Source of the DNA: Eledone cirrhosa
Lineage: Eukaryota
DNA length: 64,000 nucleotides
Assembly (NCBI GenBank): GCA_964016885.1
Contig: OZ024743.1
Span: 23,002,001-23,066,000 of the forward strand
Direction of reading: 5' to 3'
Shown here piece by piece: positions 1 to 18,359 of this stretch (the first letter of the stretch is position 1; each line of letters begins with the position of its first letter). The notes under the pieces were generated by a model. The model was not told the origin of the DNA, did not search any database, and was given only the letters and a program-made list of their open reading frames with translations. A program made the translations under genes and the position numbers.

Positions 1-837
1 AAGTATATTGGTTTAGATTTAACATGAACCGTTCCATTATATAATCAGAATAATTGTCAGGCCTAATATTAGCCAAAAGGTTAATGATAGAAGCAAAAGT
101 AAATATCTTTTTTTATACAGCTCTTTACATTTAGGAATATGTTGATGAATTTGAATATATTTTGCAATATTAACTGTTTAAACGAACATTAACTTAAACA
201 TATTTCACTATGTACTTAAATGTGGGAAGGTGTCCCTATTAACAGTTCGTGTATGGTTTTGGCTTTCGTTTTACTTGCAGCCTGCTCACTATATAATATA
301 ATTCAATAAGTTGCTTAAAATAGCAAAAGCATTTGCGGAGTTAAATGCAAACAAAAAACAGAAACAGAAAAATCTGATGTTCCTATGATTGTGTTACGTG
401 AGTATGAGATATATCATTAGCCGTTCACTATTATTACTTATAAAATGGTGAGATTAATACATATCGTTTTTTTAAGTATGAAAATTATAGCTTCTATTCT
501 ACATTATCAACTAGATTGTATTGCGAAATTCTGCTTCTAATACGTCAGGACTATGATTCGTTTTAAATACGAGTCATTGTCTTGAAGGAAGAAGCTGCAT
601 CAATGGCTTTTGCCAACCCCTCGAGACCGGGTAATATTAAATATGATGTGGATAAATGCCAGCAATCGGAACCGCTGACAAAGAAAGACAGGTATTACAC
701 AAACATAACTTAAAGTGCTAAACGTTGTGTCAGGAAGAAACGCCTAAATAATTGGCATAGCTACATATATAAAGAGGCATGCAGATACATACATACATAC
801 ATACATACATACATACATACATACATACATACATACA

Positions 838-2270
<1,433 letters not shown>

Positions 2271-3133
2271 AGCAGCACTGTACTTGGTTATGTTAACGCA
2301 TTTCTAATCAGGAAATGCTGAAGATTTCAGTAAAACAAAGAAGACGTGATGAGCTAACATGCACCATAAAATTACAATATGTAAGTGGAACAGTAAAATT
2401 ATGAAAAGAACTTTAACGTTGATTTTATCTAAATTTTAACTAAGGAGCTCTGTTTCTCTGCTCGAAACCCGATCCTTCATTATATGAAGAATTCAAATAT
2501 TTACATAAGTAAGATAATGAAAATATTTACATCAAAGAAATCATTTTAGTAATTGAGAAACAAATACACAAAAAACTGTTATATTTATTTTTCATTTCGT
2601 TCATGTTGTCAACATTTTCATCGACCTCTCTGCAACCTGGTTCCTGACAAAATCCCAGATGAACCAGGTTGCAAAGAGTGTTACGAAAATATTGCGCCCC
2701 ACTCCCCCTCCCAACCATTGTTAAATATATAAATATATCTTTCTCAATATAAATACTTCAGTTCCACTTATCAGTCTCAAATCAAGTCATTTACCAAACA
2801 GGTAGAACTCTGAAATTTGATGCATGCATACATACATAAATACATACATACATACATGCAAACATACATACATACATGCAAACATACATACATACATGCA
2901 TAAATTCGTACATACATTAACACATACATACATACATACATGCATACATACATACATACATAGATGCATACATACATACATACATACATACATACATACA
3001 TACATACATACATACATACATACATAATTACATGCATATAAAACATTAAGAAACCCAAACACTTATATATATAAGCAGGCAAATAAACATATATTCTAAT
3101 ACGCATAAGTGTGATTGCATGTTTATCACCATT

Positions 3134-3185
<52 letters not shown>

Positions 3186-3244
3186 GAGAGAGAGAGGGGG
3201 GGGTGAGAGAGAGTGAGGGAGAGAGAGGGAGAGAGAGAGAGAAA

Positions 3245-3316
<72 letters not shown>

Positions 3317-3408
3317 GAGAGAGAGAGAAAGAGATAGAAGGGGGGATTAGACAGACAGAAAGATAGGTATATTGATGGATAGATAGATATATGTATGGAT
3401 ATATATGC

Positions 3409-3449
<41 letters not shown>

Positions 3450-3746
3450 GAAATAAACACAGTAAGTTAATTGCAGGGTATTAATATGAGTTAGTAACTC
3501 TGTATTTTATTTGTATATATATATATATATATTTGGATACCCACCTTCTATAAGCTTTACATGCACATTACCGATTAAGCATGTTTATAAACATATCACA
3601 TATACATTGTATTCTTTTCTACCTGTCTTCCTCCCCGATCTAACCTACCTGATTTTAACATATAGCTCACCCCAGAGCAGAGCGACTTGGGAATTCTTTT
3701 CAATACCTCCACAAGTTTGGTGCATATAAGCAAATCTCTACCCCTT

Positions 3747-3778
<32 letters not shown>

Positions 3779-3789
3779 CATATGTATAT

Positions 3790-3860
<71 letters not shown>

Positions 3861-3987
3861 GTAAGGTGTATTATTGGTTGTAATACGGTCCAATAAACTT
3901 TTGTTAGCAATATTAAGTTCTCCACGCTTTTGTATATCTCCAATTCCATTTATGGGAACAGCTAGATGATGTAAAACGGAGTATTTG

Positions 3988-4301
3988 TATCAAAATAAAA
4001 ATTCGAAGGCATGGTATAAATTTCCAATCATTTTAATCACGACACATGTTTCAATAAGAGATAGATCGATCGTACGGTCATGATCGATTATCACTGATCT
4101 CTCACTAGAGGGACAAAACTCTAGTGAGTGAACATCGTTAAATTTTTTTCCTCATATCAAGGATTTGAAGACAATTCATTTTCACCTGACGAGAGATCAG
4201 TGATAATCGATCATGGCCGCACGATCGATCTATCTCTTATTGAAACATGTGTCGTGATTAAAATGATTGGACATTTATACCATGCCTTCGGATCTTTATT
4301 T

Positions 4302-4306
<5 letters not shown>
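3988..4306 (+). mobile_element. Fold-back element with hammerhead-like motif (4176-4266, +)
   Basis: Arms 3988-4103 / 4191-4306 are inverted. TCAC-CTGACGA-long stem II-GAAAC-ATGT-GTC-GTGA; extra TTATT before GAAA. Confidence 0.65.
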
Positions 4307-4371
<65 letters not shown>

Positions 4372-4759
4372 GTGTTTGTGTGTGTGTATTATATAGTTAA
4401 AATAATGCCTCCGTTGTATGAGCATTGACGTATATGGAACACGAACCCACATCTCTGGCTACTGTAGATTCGTATCCCATATACGTCGATTCTCAGTAAT
4501 TTTTTCCATTTCTGTGGGTTTTTATAACTCCAATTATTAAGCTAATTTATTTAGTCAAAAATACAACGGAAGCACTATTTCACTATCTAATTTCAAATTC
4601 TCCGCTGTTTGTATCTTATATAATTTAACGATGGTTATAGCTCTGATTTATCCAAATTATTGAGCCCTCTGCCACACATATCGGATATTGTTTATCGTTA
4701 ATTCGTGAACTGTGTTTCCGATACTCGATTATTCTACTATATATATGTATATATATATA

Positions 4760-5163
<404 letters not shown>

Positions 5164-5164
5164 A

Positions 5165-5626
5165 TAGTTATGTAATAAACAACATGAGACAATTATTCCA
5201 TTTACCAAAGGTTTCACGAAGACAGACGAGCTCGACACAGACGTCTGAAATCGCTCATCAGAATGAAATTTTATTTGATGTGGATGTAAGATATGGATTT
5301 AAATACAAAGGCTAAAACAATTGAAAGCGAGGCTGATATATCATATATAATAAAATATAATATAATATAAAATAATATATATATATATATATTTATTATT
5401 TTTCCCATTACACTACGTTCTATTTTCTCCCATTATTTTATTTTATATTATATATCAGCCTCGCTTTCAATTGTTTTAGCCTTTGTTTTTAAATCCATAT
5501 CTTACATCCACATCAAATAAAATTTCATTCTGATGAGCGATTTCAGACGTCTGTGTCGAGCTCGTCTGTCTTTGTGGAACCTTTGGTAAATGGAATAATT
5601 ATTTTATGTTGTTTATTACATAACTA
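5165..5626. mobile_element. Fold-back element with two opposed type I hammerheads
   Basis: Arms ~5165-5345 / 5450-5626. Minus-strand motif ATTTCATT-CTGATGA-GCGA..CAGACG..CGTCTG..TCGT-GAAACC-TTT-GGTA-AATGGAAT; plus copy has GGAA. Decayed relative at 60661-60753. Confidence 0.8.
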
Positions 5627-5684
5627 AATAGCTCTGTAGCTTACATAGAGCACTCTCCTTTCCTTTACCTTTCCTACGAAAACA

Positions 5685-5737
<53 letters not shown>

Positions 5738-5739
<2 letters not shown>

Positions 5740-5955
5740 GTGGTGGACTGGGTCAAAAAATATTGTTTGTCAGGAGATGAAGGGGGCCCACCTACATATA
5801 GAATGCTATCATTTAATTTTTATAATGAATAAATAACATTTTCAAAAAATACATAAGTGGAAACAAAACAGTGCAATCAAATTTTTGTGGAAAAATATAT
5901 TACCTTCTGCAATAAAAAATATTATGTATTTTGCGAAATCCAGAGACTTTAAATA
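5738..5955 (+). mobile_element. End fragment of a CAGTGG-terminated DNA transposon/MITE
   Basis: CAGTGGTGGACTGG end, repeated at 6783-6995 and inverted at ~60345-60468; compatible opposite end CCTGTCCGCCACTG at 9294-9307. Confidence 0.55.
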
Positions 5956-6009
5956 ATTATTTCTACTTTTGGCACAAGGCCAGCAAATTAACCAGTGTAT
6001 TACTGGTAC

Positions 6010-6775
<766 letters not shown>

Positions 6776-6782
6776 TTATATA

Positions 6783-9307
<2,525 letters not shown>

Positions 9308-10682
9308 TATATATTTATATATACATCTTGGGTGTGTGTGTATGACGGTATATACGTGCATGTACACTCGTGCTGTTTTATGAATATAAAACAAATGTTT
9401 CTAATTCTGTTTCATTGTATATTTGTTTATGTATGTTTGTGCGTACTATATAAATTTATATATATACATGTACATGCGTATATGCGTGTGTGTGTATATA
9501 CGTGTGTGTGAATACACGTGTGTGTGAATACACGTGTGTGTGTCTGAGTTGAAGTATTTTACGAACATTGAGGCTGGAATCCGGTCCAAGGAAAGTCTTG
9601 TATTCTGCGTCGATCACAGTCTTGTTTTTTAACTTTACCTTTTTGTATTGTTAGTTACCCACGGTGAAAAAAATAGTGGAGATGATAAGGTTTTTATGGG
9701 TTTGACTATATGAAACCAACTTTGCTAATCTACAGAAACGGAGACATTTTATATCTATTTACAGAATCAGAAAGTGTATTTGACAAATTTTTACGTAGAC
9801 TTAACATTCATAGTTCTTAATTAAAATATATAACGTCTTTCAAATTGTTTCATAAATACTTTACTTTATTCGTACACATTACCTACTTTTACATACATTT
9901 GAAAAATGATATCTGAGTTTTTACTGATTTTTCTAGACTAAACTAAACTCATTGCCAAATCCCCCGAAGATTGTGAATAAAAATTACTATTTATATGCAT
10001 CAATATTTTGTTTTATGCATCTTCTAGTTTCTCTCTCTCTCTCTCTCTCTCTCTCCATATATATATATCTTTCACCACCCCCACACACATATTCTTGTGT
10101 ATAAATACACGTTTTTTTCCCGCTCACCCTTCTTGTCTCAAAATTTCGAGATTTGTGTCGTTTTCTAACACTAAACCAACTTCTTATAACTAAAGTTCGT
10201 GTTAACGTTTATCATGTATACTTCAACTTTTGTATTCTATTTCTTTCCGTCTTCGTTTACAGGTTTTTGTAAACAACAAACTCATAAAATATTCCTATCT
10301 CACAGAGACATCCGGTAAGACAATTTAGAGATTCAAACATTCAGATTTTGATTGCTTAAATTCCTTTGATGAAAGGAATTGCAACAGAAATTTCCGAGAG
10401 CTGAATGCTGGCAATTTCTAAAGTAAAAACAGGCACAATGTAAAAATAGATATGCAGCCCTATCACCTTGTCAAAGACAGAATGTTAGTTCAGGGATGTC
10501 CGCATATTCCTCTTACTGTGGGCAAGAGGTGTCAAACGTCTCAAGAAGTTTGTGTTATATATATATAAACATCCAGCTGAAATCAGAGGAAATGTAAACG
10601 CACGTACTTATACATAAATATATAAGTACATATATATAAGTATATATATATATATATATATATATATAAGTATATATATATA

Positions 10683-10996
10683 TTTCGTTTCTGAATTTGT
10701 TTAGCAAGATTCTTTATCTGAAACCGTGTGTTGAAACCGATATTGTTATACTTTGGGAGGGTCATGTTGCCAATAAGAAACACACGCACCAGTTGCTTCA
10801 CTTCAATTTAATTTATTATATATTTATAAATTTACAAATTTATAAATTTCTGGTTGGTTGGTTGGTTCCACAACCAGATAGTTGTTTATATATATATAGT
10901 CATAGTTCTTTCGTCACACACTCTGTGACCTCTTCAGTGACTGGGGATTTCTTTCTTCGTTTCTGTGCCTTTCCTTTCTTCTATCCTACGCCATTT

Positions 10997-11000
<4 letters not shown>
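10683..11000 (-). mobile_element. Hammerhead-bearing (TA)n-embedded element (family also at 29385-29710, 31383-31962, 63343-63845)
   Basis: Minus strand AGTCA-CTGAAGA-GGTCACA-GAGTG-TGTGAC-GAAAGAACTA-TGACT. Confidence 0.75.
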
Positions 11001-11053
<53 letters not shown>

Positions 11054-11304
11054 CAAGATATATATAAATAATATGGGTAATATTAATATTATCCAATTAC
11101 CAGTATGAGAGTAGCTCGATGTAAAATAATATAATACAGAACTGGAATATTTTATAAATAACAATCAAAGAGTGTTTAATAACATTTAATTAGTAAACAG
11201 AATTATTACTTAGTAAACACAATTATTAAACACTCTTTGATTGTTATTTATAAAGTAAGTATATATATCAAGTAAGTATATATATAAAGTAAGTATATAT
11301 ATCA

Positions 11305-11376
<72 letters not shown>

Positions 11377-11424
11377 TGATGTATGCCATCAGCACAGTTG
11401 AGGTATGTCATACATCAATTTATA

Positions 11425-11490
11425 TATTTTATCTGATGAGGACGTACTGAGAAAACAACACAGTACCTCCGAAATATATATAATAAAATA
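11425..11490 (+). ncRNA. Type I hammerhead ribozyme motif
   Basis: TTTTAT-CTGATGA-GGACGTACTG..CAGTACCTCC-GAAA-TATATATA-ATAAAA; stems I and II pair; palindromic stem III. Confidence 0.8.
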
Positions 11491-11630
11491 TATTTTGATT
11501 ATGTGAATGTCTATATTTATTAATATTTTGAATTAATATTAATAACTCCAGAAAACCCACTGTTGAGTGCTTCTAATCTATTGTAAAACTATATTCATTG
11601 ATTAATTAGTGAACCTTGTTTAACTTTTGG

Positions 11631-11690
<60 letters not shown>

Positions 11691-11692
<2 letters not shown>

Positions 11693-11885
11693 CGAAGGAA
11701 GTGTGGTAAGGAACCAGGTGGACCATAACGTACCAGAGTACTCGATACTTTGGGTAGTAGAGTAGGTAATAGGAAAAGGTTCAGGACCCCGACGGCAGAC
11801 CTCAAGCCGTTTCGACGGAGTCCAGAAATAGCCATCGATACGGCTTCAGCTCTGCCGTCGGGGTCCTGGACCTTTTCCTTACTCT
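11691..11885. mobile_element. Fold-back element carrying the 3' half of a hammerhead (family also at 29151-29350, 30868-30983, 56755-56850, 60485-60585)
   Basis: Family consensus GAAACGGCT-TGAGCTC-AGCCGTC-GGGGTCC gives stem III plus a GUC site; inversion centre lies where stem II would be. Confidence 0.6.
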
Positions 11886-11912
11886 CTCTATATATATATG
11901 TGTATATATATA

Positions 11913-11975
<63 letters not shown>

Positions 11976-11978
11976 CCT

Positions 11979-12169
11979 TGGATTGAGGGCTCTTCCAGGT
12001 TTGGATATTCTTTATCAAACTATAGCTACATTGCGTATATATATATATATATATACGCAATGTATATATATATATATATATATATACGCAATGTATATAT
12101 ATATATATATATATACGCAATGTATATATATATATATACGCAATGTATATATATATATATATATACGCA

Positions 12170-12200
<31 letters not shown>

Positions 12201-12242
12201 CGCAATGTATATATATATACACATATATATATATATACACAC

Positions 12243-12273
<31 letters not shown>

Positions 12274-12410
12274 TACATATATATATACACACACGTATAC
12301 ATATATATATATATATACATTGCGTATATATATATATATATATATATACGCAATGTAGCTATAGTTTGATAAAGAATATCCAAACCTAGAAGAGCCCTCA
12401 ATCCGAGGAA
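11979..12410. repeat. Inverted repeat around a (TA)n tract studded with CGCAATG/CATTGCG
   Basis: 11980-12036 is the reverse complement of 12349-12404. Confidence 0.75.
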
Positions 12411-12869
12411 AAAGTCTATAAAGCTCCCATACACCAACTTATGGTGTCATTGAAGTACAATTATTTCATTAAAACCATGTCTCAGTTTATCATCTTTATT
12501 ATCACGCCCAACGTTACTGTAATAAATCTTTATGTGTGTGTGTGTATGTATTTGTATATGAATATGTGTGTATGCGTGCGTGTGTATGTGTGATCATCCG
12601 GTTGACTTAAGAAAAACTGAGAAAATTTGACATGTGTTATGTAGTTGTCCCAATTTAAATAACTACAACAATAGTCTTTCATTATAAGTAAGAGATGAGA
12701 AAATCTGGCAAATAACGGAATAAGTTGACAGCGTTTTTTCTGTTTCTAGGGATGTTGCTTGATATTCTCAACTAATATTTATAGTGATCAGCTTTTGTTA
12801 TAGTCATTTACATAGGGATCACTACATTTTACACAAACAAACATATATACACACATATATGTATATATA

Positions 12870-12959
12870 CAGGGTGCCCCCCCCCCCCAAAAAAAAAGAA
12901 TGTGTACAAATATTTATTAGAAAGCTGTTGAAGTATGTATACATTTTTGGGACACCCTG
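12870..12959. mobile_element. Tc1/mariner-type MITE
   Basis: TA-CAGGGTG...CACCCTG-TA with imperfect TIRs extending to TGT(G/A)TACA. Confidence 0.7.
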
Positions 12960-13221
12960 TATATATACATATATATGTGTGTGTGCGTGAGTGTGTGTGT
13001 AAGCAATGTTGGATTTAGAGATTGTATAAGTATCATAAAACGATTACATTTCACAAAAATTGGAAACCTCTGCTTTTTTTAAACATTTCTGTATCGTGAG
13101 TCCCTAAGCTGTACTTTGTCACCAATGTAACATGCGTGCGTATGTGTTTGCTCTATGTGTGAGTGTGTTTGTGCGTGTGTATGTGTGTGTATGCATGTAT
13201 GTATGCATGTATGTATGTGTA

Positions 13222-13808
13222 TGTCAGGTCACCAGTTGGTGCTACTAGTAACATGTATCCCAGTACAACCTGTCTCATGGTCGGGTTGTTGGCGACTAAA
13301 CTGGCAACCCCGCCAAGGTTTCTTAGTGAGGAGGGTGACTTTGGACATCCTGCAGGACTAAAAACAAAACCTGTCAAAGTGCAAAGGAGCTCTTAAGAGT
13401 CAATGACCATCCAAAATCACCTTTGTCAAGGCAGAATTCTAGGAGAAGGAAAACTCTGATATAACACCTGCAACCCTGAGGGTATCCAATGATGTTGACT
13501 TGTTCTTCTTTTTGGTAAATATCATCTTGGTTAAGAGAGTGGGACTGGCTTTGTGCAATGCCTTTGCTCACTATAAAAGCTTCACGGCACAGGCATTGCT
13601 TTATATCTGGAGATCTCTCTGCACTTGTCGTCACATGGTACCATGGGCCCAGCACTGTGTCAGTAATTGTCACAAGTGTAGTATTTGTACCAGAGTTTTC
13701 AAGTTGCTGGCTGGACAAAAAGTCACACTCGTTCAGCACATCGGTAGGGGTTCTCCTACATGGATATAAAGTAGTGGCCGTACTCGAAAACGAGTTGGCA
13801 GCCACCAT
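13222..13808 (+). mobile_element. Near full-length ~600-bp non-autonomous retroposon with (TGTA)n tail
   Basis: GTCAGGTCACC...GGCAGCCACCA-TGTATGTA; same two ends as 43638-44245; TGTA-type repeats on both sides. Confidence 0.8.
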
Positions 13809-14184
13809 GTATGTATGCGCAGGTGTTTGAGTATTTGTGGGAAATCAACCCATTACCTACAACTTAACCGACATGTTTGTCTACAAAGAAGGAATTTTAA
13901 GCAGCTAGGTCGATTCAACACAACTTTCATCTAGCAAAATTCATGCCTACGCATATTTTGAATACTTATACTCTTTTGATACCTGCGTATGTTTTCTCGG
14001 CACTTAATACGCAAATATTTTATATGCAATACGCAATATGAGTAGTCATTACACGCAACATGTTAACTCTTTTGTCGCAGTATTTTTACAACTTCCTGAA
14101 ACTATATGTCCGGAAAGGTGTATTCTGAGGCCAAATAAAAGGTGAAACAGAAGTAGATATTTTTGTGAAAATATATGTTTAACA

Positions 14185-14537
14185 GTGGATGGGTGCTAAA
14201 AAAGAATGATGAGGATTGCTCTGATTATTAATCAGTGTACACTGAGGATGAAGAACTCAGAGATGTACGGGAGCAGCCCAAAATTCAGTTCGAAAGTAAC
14301 ACAAAGAAGACTGAAGTTAGTTGGACATGCTCACCGACATTTAGAGTTGATACTGCATCAGTGGTCCTGTGGGAGCCCCTACACGGACACACTAGAAGAG
14401 GGAGACCGAGGATGGCATATATTGCCCTAAGGACAGACACTGGTCTCTGGGAGACACAGAATATGGTGACGATGATGAAGGACAGAGACCGCTGGAGAGA
14501 ACTCGTCCATGGATCTAGGGAATTTTACCCGCCCTAG
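14185..14537 (+). pseudogene. RTE/RTEX-type LINE 3' fragment
   Basis: Frameshifted translation RMMRIAL..MYGSSPK..RRLKLVGHAHRH / LWEPLHG..RGRP..DTG..MKDRDRWR matches the RTE-type C-terminus. Confidence 0.75.
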
Positions 14538-14801
14538 ACATATGTTTAATCACAAAATTAGAATTTGATTTTTCGCTCTAGCATAGCGGATTGCATAAAT
14601 GTAATTATGGGTTTCATATCGAATAATAATAATAATATTCGATTTGTTTGCAAACAAACGGCCTCATTATGCTATGTTTTGTATTTAATGACCATCAATC
14701 CGTTCTTTAAAACATAGCATAATGATACCATTTGTTTGAAAACGAATCAAATATTACTATTATTGTTCGATATAAAACCCATAATTACATATGTTTAATC
14801 A
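14538..14801. repeat. Fold-back (~80-bp arms) bounded by a 15-bp direct repeat
   Basis: Arms 14599-14680 / 14708-14790; ACATATGTTTAATCA at both ends. Confidence 0.6.
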
Positions 14802-15179
14802 TATTTTCCTTTTAAAGCAAGAACAGAAATCAAGACACATAAAGCCACCAAGGAATGAGAATTCTTGAGAATTCTGTTAAATTCTATTGAAATGTTTATC
14901 AGGTTTAGGTTGACACGAGTTTATAAGAGAATATATAAGTCCAGTAACAAGAACAACAATGACAACTACAATGATTTATGTTGCTGAGGGTGAAGTAGTT
15001 GTGTTGTCAGGATTTCTCCTATAAAATATTCTTGATCTCACCATCCGGTACTTTGCTATAGGTACATCAATATACACTATTGACAGGTGCAATGTGTCCG
15101 AATACGGAGGAGCCGAATTCCCACCATCATCGCCCTCCCCATCTCTCTGTATAGTGAGCAAATGGGGCCCCACGTGCTG

Positions 15180-15330
15180 GCCGCCTCACAGCTCCGGTGG
15201 ACAAAATGGAGAAGGCGTTTCCGCGGATGATGGTAAGGGAGATATGCTGGAAGAGCCATTCCATCTTGCGAGGCTCACACCTGCGGCTGGCCAGCTCAAA
15301 GTCTATTCAACCACGTAGTTTGATCAGAGC
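15180..15330 (-). pseudogene. CRE-like non-LTR retrotransposon C-terminal fragment
   Basis: Minus translation LASRRCEPRKMEWLFQHISLTIIRGNAFSILST, homologous to 49375-49593. Confidence 0.65.
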
Positions 15331-15762
15331 AGTAGCCACATGAGTGACTATCAAACACTTAACTTCAGCGCAAGCCTTTTGGATATGCTGGTATTGTTGA
15401 TGTTATTGTTGTTATTGCTGATATTGTTGTTAGTCGTGGTATTAGCGCTGCTGTTGATGGTTTTTTCTGCTGCTAGTGTTGTCATTTTTTCGGGCGGGGG
15501 TCGTAGTCAAAGGGAAAATGTACTCATTGGTAAGCGGAATTTTTAACCACGGAACCAACATTATTGCAACCACACATATTACTGCAACTACTATTTTTGT
15601 TATACTTTGTGGGAATGGTGGGAGATGATGTGTCGGGATTACTAACATAAAGTGTTTTCTTCTATTCTCTTCGTATCGATTTAAAGGTTTTGTTTAGCTA
15701 TATTGATTTGATGGCCGACAGTATGTAGATATGTATATTTAAACATAGTCACACCTCTCTCC

Positions 15763-15910
<148 letters not shown>

Positions 15911-15926
15911 TATATATGCACACACG

Positions 15927-15972
<46 letters not shown>

Positions 15973-16429
15973 GTTGTATACATGCACACATACAAATAGC
16001 GTACGTGTATCGTTGCTTGCTTATCACCTTTCTTTCTTAAGCTATTAAAACAGTTGCTGTTGTCGTCGTCGTCGTCGTCTTCGTCGTCGTCGTTGTTGTT
16101 TTGCGACATACGCTTGACTAGTATTTCTTTCTTAGCTAGTATGTAGACTGCTATATGTTTGTGGGAGATGGTTTAAAGAGAAGAAATAAACATGGTGGGG
16201 TGTAAATAGAATACCTTAGAAGCCGGGTACAGAATACAAAAATGTCATTACTTCCTTCGGCTTGAAGCCAATTTTCTTAAGGATGGCGTCTTCTTAATTG
16301 AATTGACCTGGATATTATTATAAAGTAATGAGTATGCACATACATACATTTGTACGTTCGTACATACTCGTCTAAACATACACACAAAATGATACATATA
16401 TATACACACTAACACACACACACACAACC

Positions 16430-16492
<63 letters not shown>

Positions 16493-16511
16493 TATTATAT
16501 ATATACATATA

Positions 16512-16615
<104 letters not shown>

Positions 16616-16667
16616 GCAATTGAAAAGGCATTTGGAGTCTTTAAAAAGGTTTATTTACAATGAATTA

Positions 16668-16709
16668 TAACTTTACCGGTTTCACAAGTTTCATGATTTT
16701 CAAAAGTTA
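16668..16709 (-). ncRNA. Minimal hammerhead motif, U3-A8 variant
   Basis: TAACTT-TTGAAAA-TCATGAAACTTGT-GAAACCGGTA-AAGTTA; stem II weak. Confidence 0.6.
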
Positions 16710-17019
16710 AGAGAGAGATGGAGAAATGTGTGCCTATGCCGACTTGTAATTCGTATCTAATTGATGTCCGAAACTTCTTTGCGAGGCACCAGATAGGGTG
16801 TTTTTGTGGGAAACCAGCAATCACCTTTGCATACCAGTCTCTCTTTTCCACGACAGTAATATTGTCCAAGAAAAAGGCATAGGCCGATACAGTTTGTCAC
16901 CAGTGACGTCACAGCTGAAGAACGAAAGGTAAAAGAGGCATTGAGCTCAACTTATCTTACCAATGAAAATAGGGAACTAACACACTATAACTTCATATAT
17001 TAGTATATATATATATATA

Positions 17020-17930
17020 TATCACGATAAATTAACGGAGGCATAGGCCCTCGCTATTCCCTGTAAATAAGGTGCTCAAAGGAGCTCTTTAAAATACAAT
17101 ATGTTGAAAAGGTAACACACCAGAGAGAGAGATATATGCGTTATCAATAATACAGGGAAAAAAACCACCAGTGTATGGAATCTATAACCTATGAAAGGCA
17201 GACTATAGACACGATAATTAAAAATATAAATTAAAGCGTAAATAAATACCTCTATAACTATATAACACACGTACAAATCCAAAGACACTAATCCAAAGAT
17301 ATGTTTCACCAATAATTTGTTGAAAGAAATGGGTTAGCCTTGGTTCATCAGCGTGTGTAAGGCTATACATTTCAGACAACACTCTCAGGATCTCTTCTCC
17401 TTTGAGCACATTATTTACAGGGAATAGCGAGGGCCTATGCCTCCGTTAATTTATCGTGATATTTCGCTCCTAATAACAGCCTTTCCTATCTCTGTTTGGT
17501 TGAGCACACTTCTCTGAGTGGCTTTGGGCTGCCCTTTCTAGCAGTTCTTTCCTCAGAGGCCACTCAGAGGTTCACTGCCCTTAAACACTCTGTGACTTCT
17601 CTCTCCCACGTGTAGCTGGACAGTCAATTTTAAAATTCTCTTAGTGTTGTCTGAAATTTATAGCCTTACACACGCTGATGAACCTAGGCTAACCCATTTC
17701 TTTCAACAAATTATTGGTGAAACATATCTTTGGATTAGTGTCTTTGGATTTGTACGTGTGTTATATAGTTATAGAGGTATTTATTTACGCTTTAATTTAT
17801 ATTTTTAATTATCGTGTCTATAGTCTGCCTTTCATAGGTTATAGATTCCATACACTGGTGGGTTTTTTCCCTGTATTATTGATAACGCACTGTATATCTC
17901 TCTCTGGTCTGTTACCTTTTCAACATATTA
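17020..17930. mobile_element. Nested fold-back element with two opposed hammerheads (17265-17358 -, 17668-17761 +)
   Basis: ACACACG-CTGATGA-ACC(A/T)A..TTGGT-GAAACA-T-ATC..GAT-T-TGTA-CGTGTGT; arms ~17100-17385 / 17643-17928; second IR 17020-17085 / 17397-17461. Confidence 0.8.
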
Positions 17931-17949
17931 TATATATATATATATATAT

Positions 17950-18040
<91 letters not shown>

Positions 18041-18296
18041 CTATATATATATATATTGTTATAGAGAGAGAGAGACTTCCACAAAAAATTAGCAAACCAT
18101 AGTCGATGACACTCGTTTTACCTACAAGATTTGCAACCAGTTTTGCAAATACACTAATTTTTTGTAGAACTAACTCTTTACCGAACTTGTCCTCTGGACT
18201 GAGTGCTCTACTTACTATGGATATAACCTCCCGGATGTTTACAACTATATATAGATATATAGATATATAGATATATATGTGTGTGTGTGTGTGTGC

Positions 18297-18359
<63 letters not shown>

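Noticed and set aside
281-397. Candidate exon between TTGCAG and GTGAGT
   Set aside because: Stops in all three frames; no other support.
14976-15318. GC-richer ORFs as a host exon
   Set aside because: Another minus frame matches the CRE-like retrotransposon C-terminus also seen at 49375.
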